Shown in pieces: positions 20,064 through 28,535 of a DNA stretch of 64,000 nt. This stretch comes from a virus (taxonomy: Duplodnaviria > Heunggongvirae > Uroviricota > Caudoviricetes), in the IMG/VR virus record IMGVR_UViG_3300037510_000012, positions 21,267 to 85,266 of that record; one strand, written 5' to 3'. The position numbers and the translations under genes were made by a program. The notes beneath the pieces were generated by a model. It was not told the origin of the DNA. It made no database searches and saw only the letters and a program-made list of their open reading frames with translations. Numbering within the stretch: position 1 is the first letter of the stretch; each line of letters begins with the position of its first letter.

Positions 20064-20462
20064 CTTTATGGGTCGGATTCAGTAGTTTAACTTAAATCCA
20101 AACCGCGTGTCCTAGGTTCGAATCCTAGTCCCGGCTTTCTTGTCGGGGTAGCTCAGTGGCAGAGCAGTGGTCCTTAAAAAACACTATTGAAACAACATAT
20201 CCATTAAATAACTTAAAATTTGCGGGTCGGAAGAATTCAGTTATCTTTCTACCACAAACAATCAGAAAACCGCAGGTTCGACTCCTCGGAGGGATGAATG
20301 TGAGAGGTCACAGCTAGGCATGAAGCTTAGTGAATCCAGCTTCTGAATTCTATAATATATCCGCAAAAGCTTTGGGTCGGATGAAGACGTTTATCGTAAG
20401 TTCAACTCTTATCATCCCCCCTCATGGGGATGGGGCGTGGTGCCCACTCGTTTTCTACAACA

Positions 20463-20559
20463 TACCCATTATGGAAGGTCAATCCGATTGGCGACGGAAC
20501 TTGTCTTGAAAACAAGCGAGGTGTGAAAGCCCTTAGGAGTTCGACTCTCCTACCTTCCG
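20463..20559 (+). tRNA. tRNA-Ser(TGA), class II with a long variable arm
   Basis: Acceptor GGAAGGT/ACCTTCC 7/7; anticodon arm CTTGT-CTTGAAA-ACAAG; T AGGAG-TTCGACT-CTCCT. Confidence 0.6.
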
Positions 20560-20579
20560 CTTTACCCTAAGGAGTAAAA

Positions 20580-20765
20580 TTGACTGAGACAGAGAATGTC
20601 GGTCCTACATCGTATCAGCTAGCAATCATCCTTGCACTTCAGAGCAAGCATGTATACGCTAACACAGTTAGTTACGATGAGATTGCACGACGACGTAAGG
20701 CAAGCAAGCGAGCGCGGCTACAGCGCAGAACAAACAGAAGGCTTGACACGACACGTCGCTCGTGA
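20580..20765 (+). CDS. hypothetical small basic protein
   Basis: TTG start 5 nt after AAGGAG; lies between tRNA-Ser and tRNA-Asp. Confidence 0.35.
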   Translation: MTETENVGPTSYQLAIILALQSKHVYANTVSYDEIARRRKASKRARLQRRTNRRLDTTRRS

Positions 20766-20844
20766 TAAGGTTTTATTAGATGGTCGGCAAGCAGGGAAGA
20801 GAAGGCTACAGGAGCTTGAGCAACAACACCTTCCACCATCACAT

Positions 20845-20917
20845 GCGTCGTTAGTTCAGCGGTCAGAGCACTGCCCTGTCAAGGCAGAAGTCGCGGGTTC
20901 GAATCCCGTACGGCGCG
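20845..20917 (+). tRNA. tRNA-Asp(GTC)
   Basis: Acceptor GCGTCGT/ACGGCGC; anticodon arm CTGCC-CTGTCAA-GGCAG; T GCGGG-TTCGAAT-CCCGT. Confidence 0.85.
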
Positions 20918-20947
20918 CTTTCGTAAAGGAATAAAGAGGGAGTTCTA

Positions 20948-21148
20948 ATGGCACGAGTTAAGAAGTTTGACCTTGTTGAGCTTGACAAGGAAGGCTGGTT
21001 CTCTGCTAAGGTAAGTGGAAAGTTCCGGGGTTTGGTCGAGAAGACTGGACGAAGCAACTACACTCTTCACCTTGGCAAGAACGATGTAACTAACTTCAAG
21101 ACTAAGAAGGCTCTTGAGACTTGGCTCACCGAGAAGTGGGCATCATAA
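20948..21148 (+). CDS. hypothetical protein
   Basis: ORF track; RBS GGAATAAAGAGGGAG. Confidence 0.5.
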   Translation: MARVKKFDLVELDKEGWFSAKVSGKFRGLVEKTGRSNYTLHLGKNDVTNFKTKKALETWLTEKWAS

Positions 21149-21239
21149 TTAAATATTGATAAACGTTCGGGTCGGATGTAATTGCTTATCTATTATGGGA
21201 ATAAAACGCGATTACTCTAACATATCCGTTCTAAACTTC

Positions 21240-21395
21240 TAGCCCTAACAATTTCGGGTCGGAGTTTCTTGGTTACCTTACTATGCATGAGAAGTTGTCG
21301 GTTCGAATCCGGCCGGGTCCATTCATGGGCCTGTAGTTTAATTGGCAAAACTTACACCGAGGAACGTTTCATATCCGTCTTAATTGTTAGGGCTA
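21240..21395 (+). ncRNA. candidate Y RNA-like tRNA-mimic: a 14-bp terminal helix enclosing a tRNA-like T-arm module
   Basis: TAGCCCTAACAATT (21240-53) is the perfect reverse complement of AATTGTTAGGGCTA (21382-95). Inside are GGGTCGGAG, a T-arm GTCGG-TTCGAAT-CCGGC and tRNA-5'-half-like GGGCCTGTAGTTTAATTGGCAAAACT. It lies 650 nt upstream of the Ro60 gene. Confidence 0.4.
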
Positions 21396-21421
21396 AGCTT
21401 TTGTCTAGAAAAGGAGAGACA

Positions 21422-21607
21422 ATGCCTCGCTACGAGAAGAAGGTCAAGATTAACGCAAACCTCGTAAAGAAGTATGACGAGGAATACTACCGAGTCCTTG
21501 ACGATGTGCAGATGCGTGAGCTAAAGTTCAAGGGACATGTCCGGCCGGAAGGTAAGGTTGTTGAAACCAGGACACACATCATCAGCTATTACATTGAGGT
21601 GGATTGA
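21422..21607 (+). CDS. hypothetical protein
   Basis: ATG after AAAGGAGAG; the track ORF 21269 extends upstream into a structured-RNA region. Confidence 0.5.
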   Translation: MPRYEKKVKINANLVKKYDEEYYRVLDDVQMRELKFKGHVRPEGKVVETRTHIISYYIEVD

Positions 21608-21608
21608 T

Positions 21609-21974
21609 ATGCTTAACTGGCTTGGCCAGGACGTAAAGGTAGGCTCTGTGGTTTTTCGCGGGGCTCGGCAAGGTAACTCTTCCAGTCACAAGATTGGTGT
21701 GGTAGAGTCTCTTAACGAGAAGACGCGAAAGGCACGGGTGGCCTGGAAGTACGAGCTTGGTGTAGAGTGGATTCGTCCAGTCCAAGGACAGTCTTACTAC
21801 CTTGAGTGCCCACACAAGTTGAGTGAACGTGCAAAGGGGAGTCCTGACGTTGGTCCGCTTGTAGTTGTGCCCCATGGTCTGCTAACCTCAGCAGAGAACA
21901 TGATTAAGGGTGCAGAGATGGCTAAGGCACAGAATGTACCATCACATGAGGTTGACAACTTCATTCAGATTTGA
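21609..21974 (+). CDS. hypothetical protein
   Basis: Internal ATG after GAGGTGG; overlaps the upstream stop. Confidence 0.5.
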   Translation: MLNWLGQDVKVGSVVFRGARQGNSSSHKIGVVESLNEKTRKARVAWKYELGVEWIRPVQGQSYYLECPHKLSERAKGSPDVGPLVVVPHGLLTSAENMIKGAEMAKAQNVPSHEVDNFIQI

Positions 21975-22047
21975 TAATTTCATAGCCGGTAATACCGGCA
22001 AGCTTCCATAAACAATATGCCCAAAATGGGCCGAAAGGATTAGAAAA

Positions 22048-23664
22048 ATGTCTAATGCACTTGGTAAGTTTGCTGCTTCTCAGAAGCAGGAGCGCGTTGC
22101 TACGCCTCAGACAAAGCGTACCCCTGGTCGTACGGATGAGGTCAAGAACAACGCGGGCGGGTTTGTGTTCAAGGTAGACGACAAGTCTCGTCTTGAGCGC
22201 TTCCTGGTGTTGGGTACTGACAAGGGTACCTATTACGTTGGTGAGCAGAAGTTGACGGCTCAGAACATTTCCTTCCTGAAGGAGATGGTCCGTAAGGATG
22301 AGCGTCTGGTCGTGGACACTGCTGTTGACGTCTCTGTAAACGCTCGTGCGCTTAAGAATTCTCCTGCGCTGTTCGCTATGGCTCTGGTCATGACGGAGGG
22401 CAAGGACAAGGCTTACGCTCGTGAGGCCGTACAGAAGGTTGCTCGTACGTCTACCCACCTTTTCGAGTACGCACAGTACATCGATGACCTGGGTGGTTGG
22501 GGTCGAGCAAAGCGTCGTTCTGTCGCTGAGTGGTACGAGAACAAGTCTATCGATGCGCTTGCGTATCAGGCTGTGAAGTACCGTCAGAGGAACGGTTGGA
22601 CGCACCGTGACCTTTTCCGTCTTGCTCACCCTCAGGGTGTAGACCAGGGTGTTGGTAACTTCATCCTTGGCAAGGACGTTGAGGCTGAGGTGGAAATTCT
22701 TAAGGGCTTCGCTGCAATGCAGTCTGCGACTTCGGTCAAGGATGTTATTCGCACGCTGGAGACTTTCAAGAACCTTCCTTGGGAGACCATCCCTACTCAG
22801 TTCCTCAAGGATGTGAAGGTCTGGAAGACTCTGTTCTACAACGGTCAGCTTCGTGGCCAGGCTCTCATTCGCAACATTACTCGACTCGCTCGAATTGGTG
22901 CGTTTGATGACATGGTTTTCGCAACTGACTACGCGAACGCAATTGCTAACCAGGAAATGATTCAGAAGACTCGTCTTCACCCAATCAACTTCCTGAATGC
23001 GGTTGTTGTTCACGAGAGTGGACAGATTGACCGTAACGGTTACAGCATGTGGAGTGCCGGACGTAAGAAGGATTGGAAGTCTAACGGAAAGATTGTGGAT
23101 GCTCTCAATGAGGGATTCCACATGGCATTCAAGACTGTCGAGCCTTCTGGCAAGAGGACTCTGGTTGCGACTGACGTGTCTGGCTCAATGAGTCAGGCTG
23201 CCATCGGACTTGACCTCTCTTGTGCTCAGGTTTCTGCGGCTGTTGCTATGACGGTTGCGCGTTCCGAGCCTTACAGTGACATTGTTGGCTTCTCTAGCAG
23301 CATTGTTGACTTGGGCATTACCGCTAAGAGTTCTTTTGCCGACGCAATGCGTAAGGTGAGTAACAGGAACTTTGGTGGTACGGATGCGGCTGCTGCAATT
23401 AAGTACGCTAACCAGAAGGGAATTCAGGTTGACACCTTCGTAGTTATCACTGATAACGAGACGTGGGGCGGAAGCCAGAAGCCTTTCCAGGCACTTAAGC
23501 AGTACCGTCAGAAGACCGGAATTGATGCGCGTCTTGCGGTTCTCGGTGTGGCGTCTACGGACTTCACCATCGCTGACCCTACGGACCGTGGAATGATGGA
23601 CTTCGTTGGTTTCGATGCAAATGCGCCTAAGGCCCTCGCGGACTTCAGCGCTGGTCGTATCTGA
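22048..23664 (+). CDS. rsr: Ro60/Rsr ortholog (TROVE domain plus C-terminal vWA with a MIDAS motif)
   Basis: 538 aa; C-terminal vWA with DVSGSM MIDAS motif at ~370; N-terminal HEAT-like TROVE region; bacterial and phage Rsr genes usually sit beside Y RNA genes. Confidence 0.7.
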   Translation: MSNALGKFAASQKQERVATPQTKRTPGRTDEVKNNAGGFVFKVDDKSRLERFLVLGTDKGTYYVGEQKLTAQNISFLKEMVRKDERLVVDTAVDVSVNARALKNSPALFAMALVMTEGKDKAYAREAVQKVARTSTHLFEYAQYIDDLGGWGRAKRRSVAEWYENKSIDALAYQAVKYRQRNGWTHRDLFRLAHPQGVDQGVGNFILGKDVEAEVEILKGFAAMQSATSVKDVIRTLETFKNLPWETIPTQFLKDVKVWKTLFYNGQLRGQALIRNITRLARIGAFDDMVFATDYANAIANQEMIQKTRLHPINFLNAVVVHESGQIDRNGYSMWSAGRKKDWKSNGKIVDALNEGFHMAFKTVEPSGKRTLVATDVSGSMSQAAIGLDLSCAQVSAAVAMTVARSEPYSDIVGFSSSIVDLGITAKSSFADAMRKVSNRNFGGTDAAAAIKYANQKGIQVDTFVVITDNETWGGSQKPFQALKQYRQKTGIDARLAVLGVASTDFTIADPTDRGMMDFVGFDANAPKALADFSAGRI

Positions 23665-23716
23665 AACACTGCCCCCTCTTCGGAGGGGGCAAGCTTGTTA
23701 AAGGAGAACAGTTTGA

Positions 23717-24664
23717 ATGTTCATGTATAATGATGCGTATGTAACATACGAGCAAAGAGTAAATCACGAATATAAGGATGTTTATGCTGATGCATTTTCG
23801 CCACCATATCAGATGCTTGGTAGCGCTAGCATTGTCCACATCCTGAACGTTCGTAGTCTGGATGTTGAAGTTACAGTGACCGCTGAGACTGGCTACGGTT
23901 TTTCTCAGGCTGTCGTAATGTCGTGCCTAGCTGCTGCCGTCAAAAATATTGACGATGGCTACCTTTACACTCTGGTCCGCAAGAGGATTGAGAATCAGAT
24001 GGGGTTCGAGCTTGACGATTTTATTCCGGCCGGGGTTGCTAATCCAACCGACGTAGACCATTCTATTGATGGAACACATTGGAGATTCAACGTAATTGCA
24101 AGTCTGAATCACAAGTATGTTCGGAGACCAAAGTTCGAGCTTATCAAGAATGAGCATCAGTTCGGAATGGTCGAGATGAGGTTGAATTACTATTCTGGAG
24201 TACATCCCGGTCACATTAGTCTTCTGATTGAAGAGGGTGTTATCGCAGAAAGCGATTGGAATTCAGTTGAACATGCTCAGATGATGCTTTGGTATAAGGC
24301 TTATGAAGAGATGCCAATGCTTGCACCAGACCTATCCTACATGAGGTATACAGAAGGATTGCTAAACGGAAGTAAGTATCACACGGGCGGGTATTATGTT
24401 GATGCCCCCAATAAGGCACCAAACTTCTCAGGACCACTTGCCAAGCCTGCTGTTTCAGGGTATGGTAAGGATAGTAGGGTCAATGAGTTGCCGGGTGTGA
24501 AGGAAATGGTTACACATCCGCTAAGTAAGCAAAAGATGACTCTTGAACGTGCTATCATTAGTCTTAATGACCAGCACAAGTGGACAAGGGAACAAATCGC
24601 GGATTGGCTTGAAACCCTTGACATTGACATTACATTTAAGGTGAATACAGATGAACAAGATTGA
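23717..24664 (+). CDS. hypothetical protein
   Basis: ORF track; preceded by a hairpin-AAGCTT-AAGGAG element. Confidence 0.6.
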   Translation: MFMYNDAYVTYEQRVNHEYKDVYADAFSPPYQMLGSASIVHILNVRSLDVEVTVTAETGYGFSQAVVMSCLAAAVKNIDDGYLYTLVRKRIENQMGFELDDFIPAGVANPTDVDHSIDGTHWRFNVIASLNHKYVRRPKFELIKNEHQFGMVEMRLNYYSGVHPGHISLLIEEGVIAESDWNSVEHAQMMLWYKAYEEMPMLAPDLSYMRYTEGLLNGSKYHTGGYYVDAPNKAPNFSGPLAKPAVSGYGKDSRVNELPGVKEMVTHPLSKQKMTLERAIISLNDQHKWTREQIADWLETLDIDITFKVNTDEQD

Positions 24665-24857
24665 TGAGAAGGCAAAGGAACTTCAGGACACCATCAACGA
24701 GATTGGCATGAGCGTGCTTACGGGTTACACTCTTGCTGATGCAATTCGTGAGGGTTCCATGGTATCAAAGCAGGAGTATGGTTGGGGCGATGGGGCTACT
24801 GCATGTGCTCTTACTGCTGCTGTGATTGGTGCCAAGTCTCGTGGCTACGTCGATTGA
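24651..24857 (+). CDS. hypothetical protein
   Basis: ORF track. Confidence 0.45.
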   Translation: MNKIDEKAKELQDTINEIGMSVLTGYTLADAIREGSMVSKQEYGWGDGATACALTAAVIGAKSRGYVD

Positions 24858-24949
24858 CATTGCCCGAACTAAGTGTTAAGATGTAATAAGTCAGGTAGCA
24901 GTGGTTACTGCTCATAAGGAAGCGACGGTTGCTCGCCCGCCTGATTTAT

Positions 24950-25022
24950 GGTCCCGTAGCTCAGTGGATAGAGCAACGGCTTGCGGAGCCGTGTGTCGGA
25001 GGTTCGAATCCTCTCGGGACTA
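24950..25022 (+). tRNA. tRNA-Arg(GCG)
   Basis: D GCTCAGTGGATAGAGC; anticodon arm ACGGC-TTGCGGA-GCCGT; T-loop TTCGAAT. Confidence 0.75.
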
Positions 25023-25026
25023 CTTT

Positions 25027-25104
25027 GCCCCAGTATCGCCACTGGCTTCTAACCAGTCGTTAACAGCGTAATGGAGTATGCAGGTTCGAATCCTGTCTGG
25101 GGTA
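25027..25104 (+). tRNA. tRNA, atypical (possible TCT anticodon; D-arm unclear)
   Basis: Acceptor GCCCCAG/CTGGGGT 7/7; T GCAGG-TTCGAAT-CCTGT; internal hairpin ACTGG-CTTCTAA-CCAGT. Confidence 0.45.
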
Positions 25105-25276
25105 CGTGAGTCGTAGAGAACTAATTGTGATGTATGATGGTCTGAGCAATGAGGAAGAAGATGCTCTATTTGAAGCCATCGAAAACGTAATTTGTCCCGA
25201 CATTGAGGAGGAAGACCATTCCGAATCGTGTCGGCTTTTCTGTATGTCAATCAAAACAGTAGAAGAAAGTAATTAA

Positions 25277-25441
25277 ATGGATTGGTTGAGAAAAGATGAG
25301 AGGGTAGAAGTCATCGCAGGAGAATACGACGGTAAGCGAGGGAAGGTTACCAAAGTAATCTCAAATGACAGATATCTAGTCTCACTTAACGGAGGTTTTA
25401 CAGTTGAACTTCCGCGTAGGTCATTGAAGCGACTGGACTAA
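25277..25441 (+). CDS. small KOW/SH3-like protein (54 aa), member of a paralogous family
   Basis: Read by eye: MDWLRKDERVEVIAGEYDGKRGKVTKV...; under the 60-aa track cutoff. Confidence 0.45.
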   Translation: MDWLRKDERVEVIAGEYDGKRGKVTKVISNDRYLVSLNGGFTVELPRRSLKRLD

Positions 25442-25490
25442 GAATAATATGGATGGTAGGATACTCCTAAGAAGGTTTAGGAGGATGAAA

Positions 25491-26051
25491 ATGCCTAAGA
25501 GAAAGTTTTTCTATGATACCGAGTTTCACGAAGATGGTAAAACTATTGATTTGATTTCAATTGCTATGGTTCGTGGAGACGGTAAGGAATATTATGCTGT
25601 ATCATCTGATGCGGATTACAAGCGGGTTTTTGAGAACAGTTGGTTGATGAATCATGTTATGAATACAATCGACCATGTTGTTGTTGAAGACCATCACGGT
25701 GGCGGATATACAATTATCCCAAAGGGTCCTTTCGTAAGAACCAGAGAACAAATCCGTGATGAAATCCTTGAATTCGTAATGGAAAGTCAGGATGAATTTA
25801 ACGACCCTCATGGTGAGGCAAAGGCTGAGTTGTGGGCATGGTATGCTGACTATGACCACGTAGCACTTTGTCAACTGTTTGGTAAGATGATTGACCTTCC
25901 AACAGGTTTCCCTATGTTTACTAGAGATTTGAGGCAGCATTGGGAGTATAAGGGATATCCTGAGCTTCCAAGACAAGACGATGGTGAACACAACGCACTT
26001 GACGATGCACGTCACAACCTGGTAATGTATAACTACATGGAAGGTCTGTGA
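25491..26051 (+). CDS. DEDDh 3'-5' exonuclease (RNase T/oligoribonuclease-like)
   Basis: Exo I FYDTEF; Exo III H..ALDDARHN; start 6 nt after TAGGAGG. Confidence 0.6.
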   Translation: MPKRKFFYDTEFHEDGKTIDLISIAMVRGDGKEYYAVSSDADYKRVFENSWLMNHVMNTIDHVVVEDHHGGGYTIIPKGPFVRTREQIRDEILEFVMESQDEFNDPHGEAKAELWAWYADYDHVALCQLFGKMIDLPTGFPMFTRDLRQHWEYKGYPELPRQDDGEHNALDDARHNLVMYNYMEGL

Positions 26052-26056
26052 GAAGC

Positions 26057-26215
26057 ATGGAAGAGTATACTCTGACTTTGCAGTTGACTGTGAAGATTGA
26101 GGCACCAGACGCAGGTGACGCATTGGACGTAGCACTCGACACTTTTGGCAAGGGTTGCGCTGGTGGCGTGGATGTGGTAGAGTATGAGGTGTTGAAGATT
26201 GCTGAACCTAAGTGA
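26057..26215 (+). CDS. hypothetical small protein (52 aa)
   Basis: Translated by eye. Confidence 0.35.
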   Translation: MEEYTLTLQLTVKIEAPDAGDALDVALDTFGKGCAGGVDVVEYEVLKIAEPK

Positions 26216-26402
26216 ACTTGAAAAGGCCGGGGTTACGGTCAAGAAGTTCTGTGGCCTAGATATGAATGATATGGGTTGCACAGGAGAGGCAGTTGGTGAT
26301 ATCATCGCAGAGATGGAAGACGGAGTACAGATTCCAATTCCTGTATGCCAGCAACACCTTGACGTAATTCAGTCACAATATGATGTTGAAAGTCTAGGTT
26401 GA
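26199..26402 (+). CDS. hypothetical protein
   Basis: ORF track. Confidence 0.4.
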   Translation: MLNLSELEKAGVTVKKFCGLDMNDMGCTGEAVGDIIAEMEDGVQIPIPVCQQHLDVIQSQYDVESLG

Positions 26403-26439
26403 CACACACACGGACTCTTGCTATGATAGAAGAGTCAAT

Positions 26440-26512
26440 GGGGGCTTAGCTCATCTGGTAGAGCATCTGCCTTGCAAGCAGAAGGTGACCGGTTCAAGTC
26501 CGGTAGTCTCCA
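26440..26512 (+). tRNA. tRNA-Ala(TGC)
   Basis: G3-U70 pair; anticodon arm TCTGC-CTTGCAA-GCAGA; T ACCGG-TTCAAGT-CCGGT. Confidence 0.8.
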
Positions 26513-26774
26513 CTGGTCATATTTGACCTACAAGGAGGTATGCACTATGTTGTATACACTACTAGTAATCTTGGTAATCGTCATTATCTTGATGCTGATT
26601 TTCTAAGGAGGTTAGCATGAGAGGTAGCGACGTAGTATGGACCATCGCAGGAGTTCTTATCTGTATTGCTCTCATCGTATGGCTTGCAGATAACGTAAGC
26701 TTCTGATAGAGTAAAGCTCACGAACCTAGGTCGCCTCTGATGCAAGCTGCCTATCAAGTTGTAGTGCACTGCGC

Positions 26775-26804
26775 TTGACACCCCAGTCCTGGGTCGGGTA
26801 ATAT
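26775..26804 (+). promoter_or_regulatory. promoter TTGACA-N18-TAATAT upstream of tRNA-Lys
   Basis: GCTTGACACCCCAGTCCTGGGTCGGGTAATAT; the tRNA begins 9 nt after the -10. Confidence 0.5.
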
Positions 26805-26812
26805 GGACACAT

Positions 26813-26885
26813 GCTCCGGTAGCTCAGTTGGCAGAGCAGGCGGCTCTTAACCGTCGTGTCGGGAGTTCAAGTCTCCCTCGGAGTA
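26813..26885 (+). tRNA. tRNA-Lys(CTT)
   Basis: D GCTCAGTTGGCAGAGC; anticodon arm GGCGG-CTCTTAA-CCGTC; T GGGAG-TTCAAGT-CTCCC. Confidence 0.8.
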
Positions 26886-26907
26886 CGTAATATTGTAAAG
26901 TAAATTA

Positions 26908-26939
26908 AATCCCCGTTAGAATAATCTGGCGGGGATTTC
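26908..26939 (+). terminator. terminator-like hairpin after tRNA-Lys (AAATCCCCG...CGGGGATTT family)
   Basis: A homologous hairpin AAATGCCCCGCTGG...CGGGGATTTGTTGTTT sits at 49796-49835 after tRNA-Gly. Confidence 0.45.
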
Positions 26940-26964
26940 CTATTAAACAAACAAGGAGAAAACA

Positions 26965-27768
26965 ATGTTCGGTCGTCGTAAGGCTGCTTTCGTTCCCGAT
27001 ACCACCAAGCGTGTTCTTAAGACTGTCAAGGTTGTTAAGCGAGACCCTTCTACGGCTGCTGCGCCTGTTGACCTGATTAAGAAGGTTGGTGTTTCTTTCG
27101 AAAAGAAGGTTGAGTCTGCTGTTAATCTGAACAAGAATGTCAGTGGCCCTTCTCGCGGTGTTGTCTGGAATGTTATCGGTCTGCTTGATGAGTCGTACTC
27201 TATGGCTCCGTTCTTCAGTGATGGCACTGTTCAGGAGATTGTTGACCGTGTGCTTGCTTGGTCTGCCTCGGTTGATGCTGATGGCCTGGTGCCTTTCGGC
27301 GGATTTGCTGACAGCCACGTTTGGCACGGTGACGTTGACCTGACTAACGTTAATAACGTCGTTGCTACAAACGGCTGGTCGCCTTGGGGTGGTACCAACC
27401 TTGCTGACTCTCTTCAGGCTATCCTTGACATGGTTCGGGACATGGGAGATGCTTGGCAGGAGAACCCCATCCTTCTGTTCATTGTGACAGACGGTATGCC
27501 GTTCAATCGGGACCTTGTAAAGCAGCTTATTCAGGAACTTTCTCAGTACCCTGTCTTTATCAAGATTCTGCGGGTTGGCAATGACCCTGGTGCTAAGGCT
27601 TTCGTTGAGGACCTTGACAACATGGTTGGTGGTCGTCTGGTGGATAATGTTGAGGCTCCGGATGATGGTCTCCGTAAGGGAATGTCTGACGACAAGTTCA
27701 ATGCAGCGATGATTCACGACATGGACAAGTATGTCAACGATGCAACTGCGGTTGGCCTGCTTAGTTGA
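26965..27768 (+). CDS. vWA-domain protein (MIDAS DESYS)
   Basis: VIGLLDESYSM MIDAS motif; RBS ACAAGGAGAA. Confidence 0.7.
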   Translation: MFGRRKAAFVPDTTKRVLKTVKVVKRDPSTAAAPVDLIKKVGVSFEKKVESAVNLNKNVSGPSRGVVWNVIGLLDESYSMAPFFSDGTVQEIVDRVLAWSASVDADGLVPFGGFADSHVWHGDVDLTNVNNVVATNGWSPWGGTNLADSLQAILDMVRDMGDAWQENPILLFIVTDGMPFNRDLVKQLIQELSQYPVFIKILRVGNDPGAKAFVEDLDNMVGGRLVDNVEAPDDGLRKGMSDDKFNAAMIHDMDKYVNDATAVGLLS

Positions 27769-27821
27769 CAAGCCCTTGCTAGTCATGTAAGATATAAGAA
27801 CAAGGCGTCGAAAGACGCTAT

Positions 27822-27895
27822 GGCGGTATAGCTCAGTTGGTTAGAGCGTTCCCCTCATAAGGGAAAGGCCACTGGTTCGAGTCCAGTTGCCGCTA
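27822..27895 (+). tRNA. tRNA-Met(CAT)
   Basis: Anticodon arm TTCCC-CTCATAA-GGGAA; T ACTGG-TTCGAGT-CCAGT. Confidence 0.85.
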
Positions 27896-27896
27896 C

Positions 27897-27969
27897 TGCG
27901 CGGTAGTGAAGGTAGGTATCACGCGGGGCTCATAATCCCGAATCAGGAGTTCAAATCTCCTCTGCGCCA
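27897..27969 (+). tRNA. tRNA(CAT), second copy; initiator or Ile2 candidate with a 1:72 mismatch
   Basis: Anticodon arm CGGGG-CTCATAA-TCCCG; T AGGAG-TTCAAAT-CTCCT; position 1 U opposite 72 C. Confidence 0.65.
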
Positions 27970-27970
27970 C

Positions 27971-28046
27971 GGTCCTTTAGCTGAGATGGATTAGCGCGTG
28001 TCTGAAGAACACGAGAGGTATTAGGGTTCGATTCCCACAGGGACCA
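27971..28046 (+). tRNA. tRNA-Phe(GAA)
   Basis: Acceptor GGTCCTT/AGGGACC; anticodon arm CGTGT-CTGAAGA-ACACG; weak T-stem. Confidence 0.65.
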
Positions 28047-28199
28047 CATGGTTAATATCAAGAAGAAGCCATTGTATAAGGCTCAGTCCAAGATGGAAGC
28101 TGATTCTTGGATTGACAGCACCGGCAAGCGTATGTATCCTGGTCAAAAGCTAATCGTTCACCGGCAGGGTGACGAGTGGCACGTCTATAAGGGGTAAAA

Positions 28200-28352
28200 A
28201 TGGCACTATTTAAGAAGGATTCTAAGCCTGCAAAGACAGGCGATGATTCTACACCGGAAGAGAAGGCAGAGCAAGCCTTGAAGTTCCACACTGCATCTGC
28301 TAGGTTTGGTAAGGTCGGAAAGAGAGACAAGACATGGGAGCAGAGCAAGTAA
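28200..28352 (+). CDS. hypothetical small protein (50 aa)
   Basis: Translated by eye; RBS AAGGGG. Confidence 0.35.
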   Translation: MALFKKDSKPAKTGDDSTPEEKAEQALKFHTASARFGKVGKRDKTWEQSK

Positions 28353-28525
28353 CAGTCTACGATGAAACAATCGCTCGAATGGCAGTCCGGTTGGGCTTGA
28401 CAGTCGAAGAGGTTGATGCCATCATGGATATGTATACAGAAGAGTCCAAGCAAGTTCACATTGAGCGAGGCCACTTTAGGCCAAAGCCAAGGGTTGCATC
28501 AACTAACCGCACTGTGCTAGACTAA
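28334..28525 (+). CDS. hypothetical protein
   Basis: ORF track. Confidence 0.4.
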   Translation: MGAEQVTVYDETIARMAVRLGLTVEEVDAIMDMYTEESKQVHIERGHFRPKPRVASTNRTVLD

Positions 28526-28535
28526 GGAGAACAAA

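Noticed and set aside
20632-20934. 100-aa + ORF
   Set aside because: Runs through tRNA-Asp (20845-20917) and has no RBS
21961-23121. 386-aa minus-strand ORF
   Set aside because: Antisense to the Ro60 gene; an artefact of GC-rich codon structure
26905-27786. 293-aa minus-strand ORF
   Set aside because: Antisense to the vWA gene 26965..27768
28048-28198. 49-aa ORF starting 2 nt after tRNA-Phe
   Set aside because: No RBS and it overlaps the tRNA 3' end; it was left uncalled, although leaderless expression cannot be excluded
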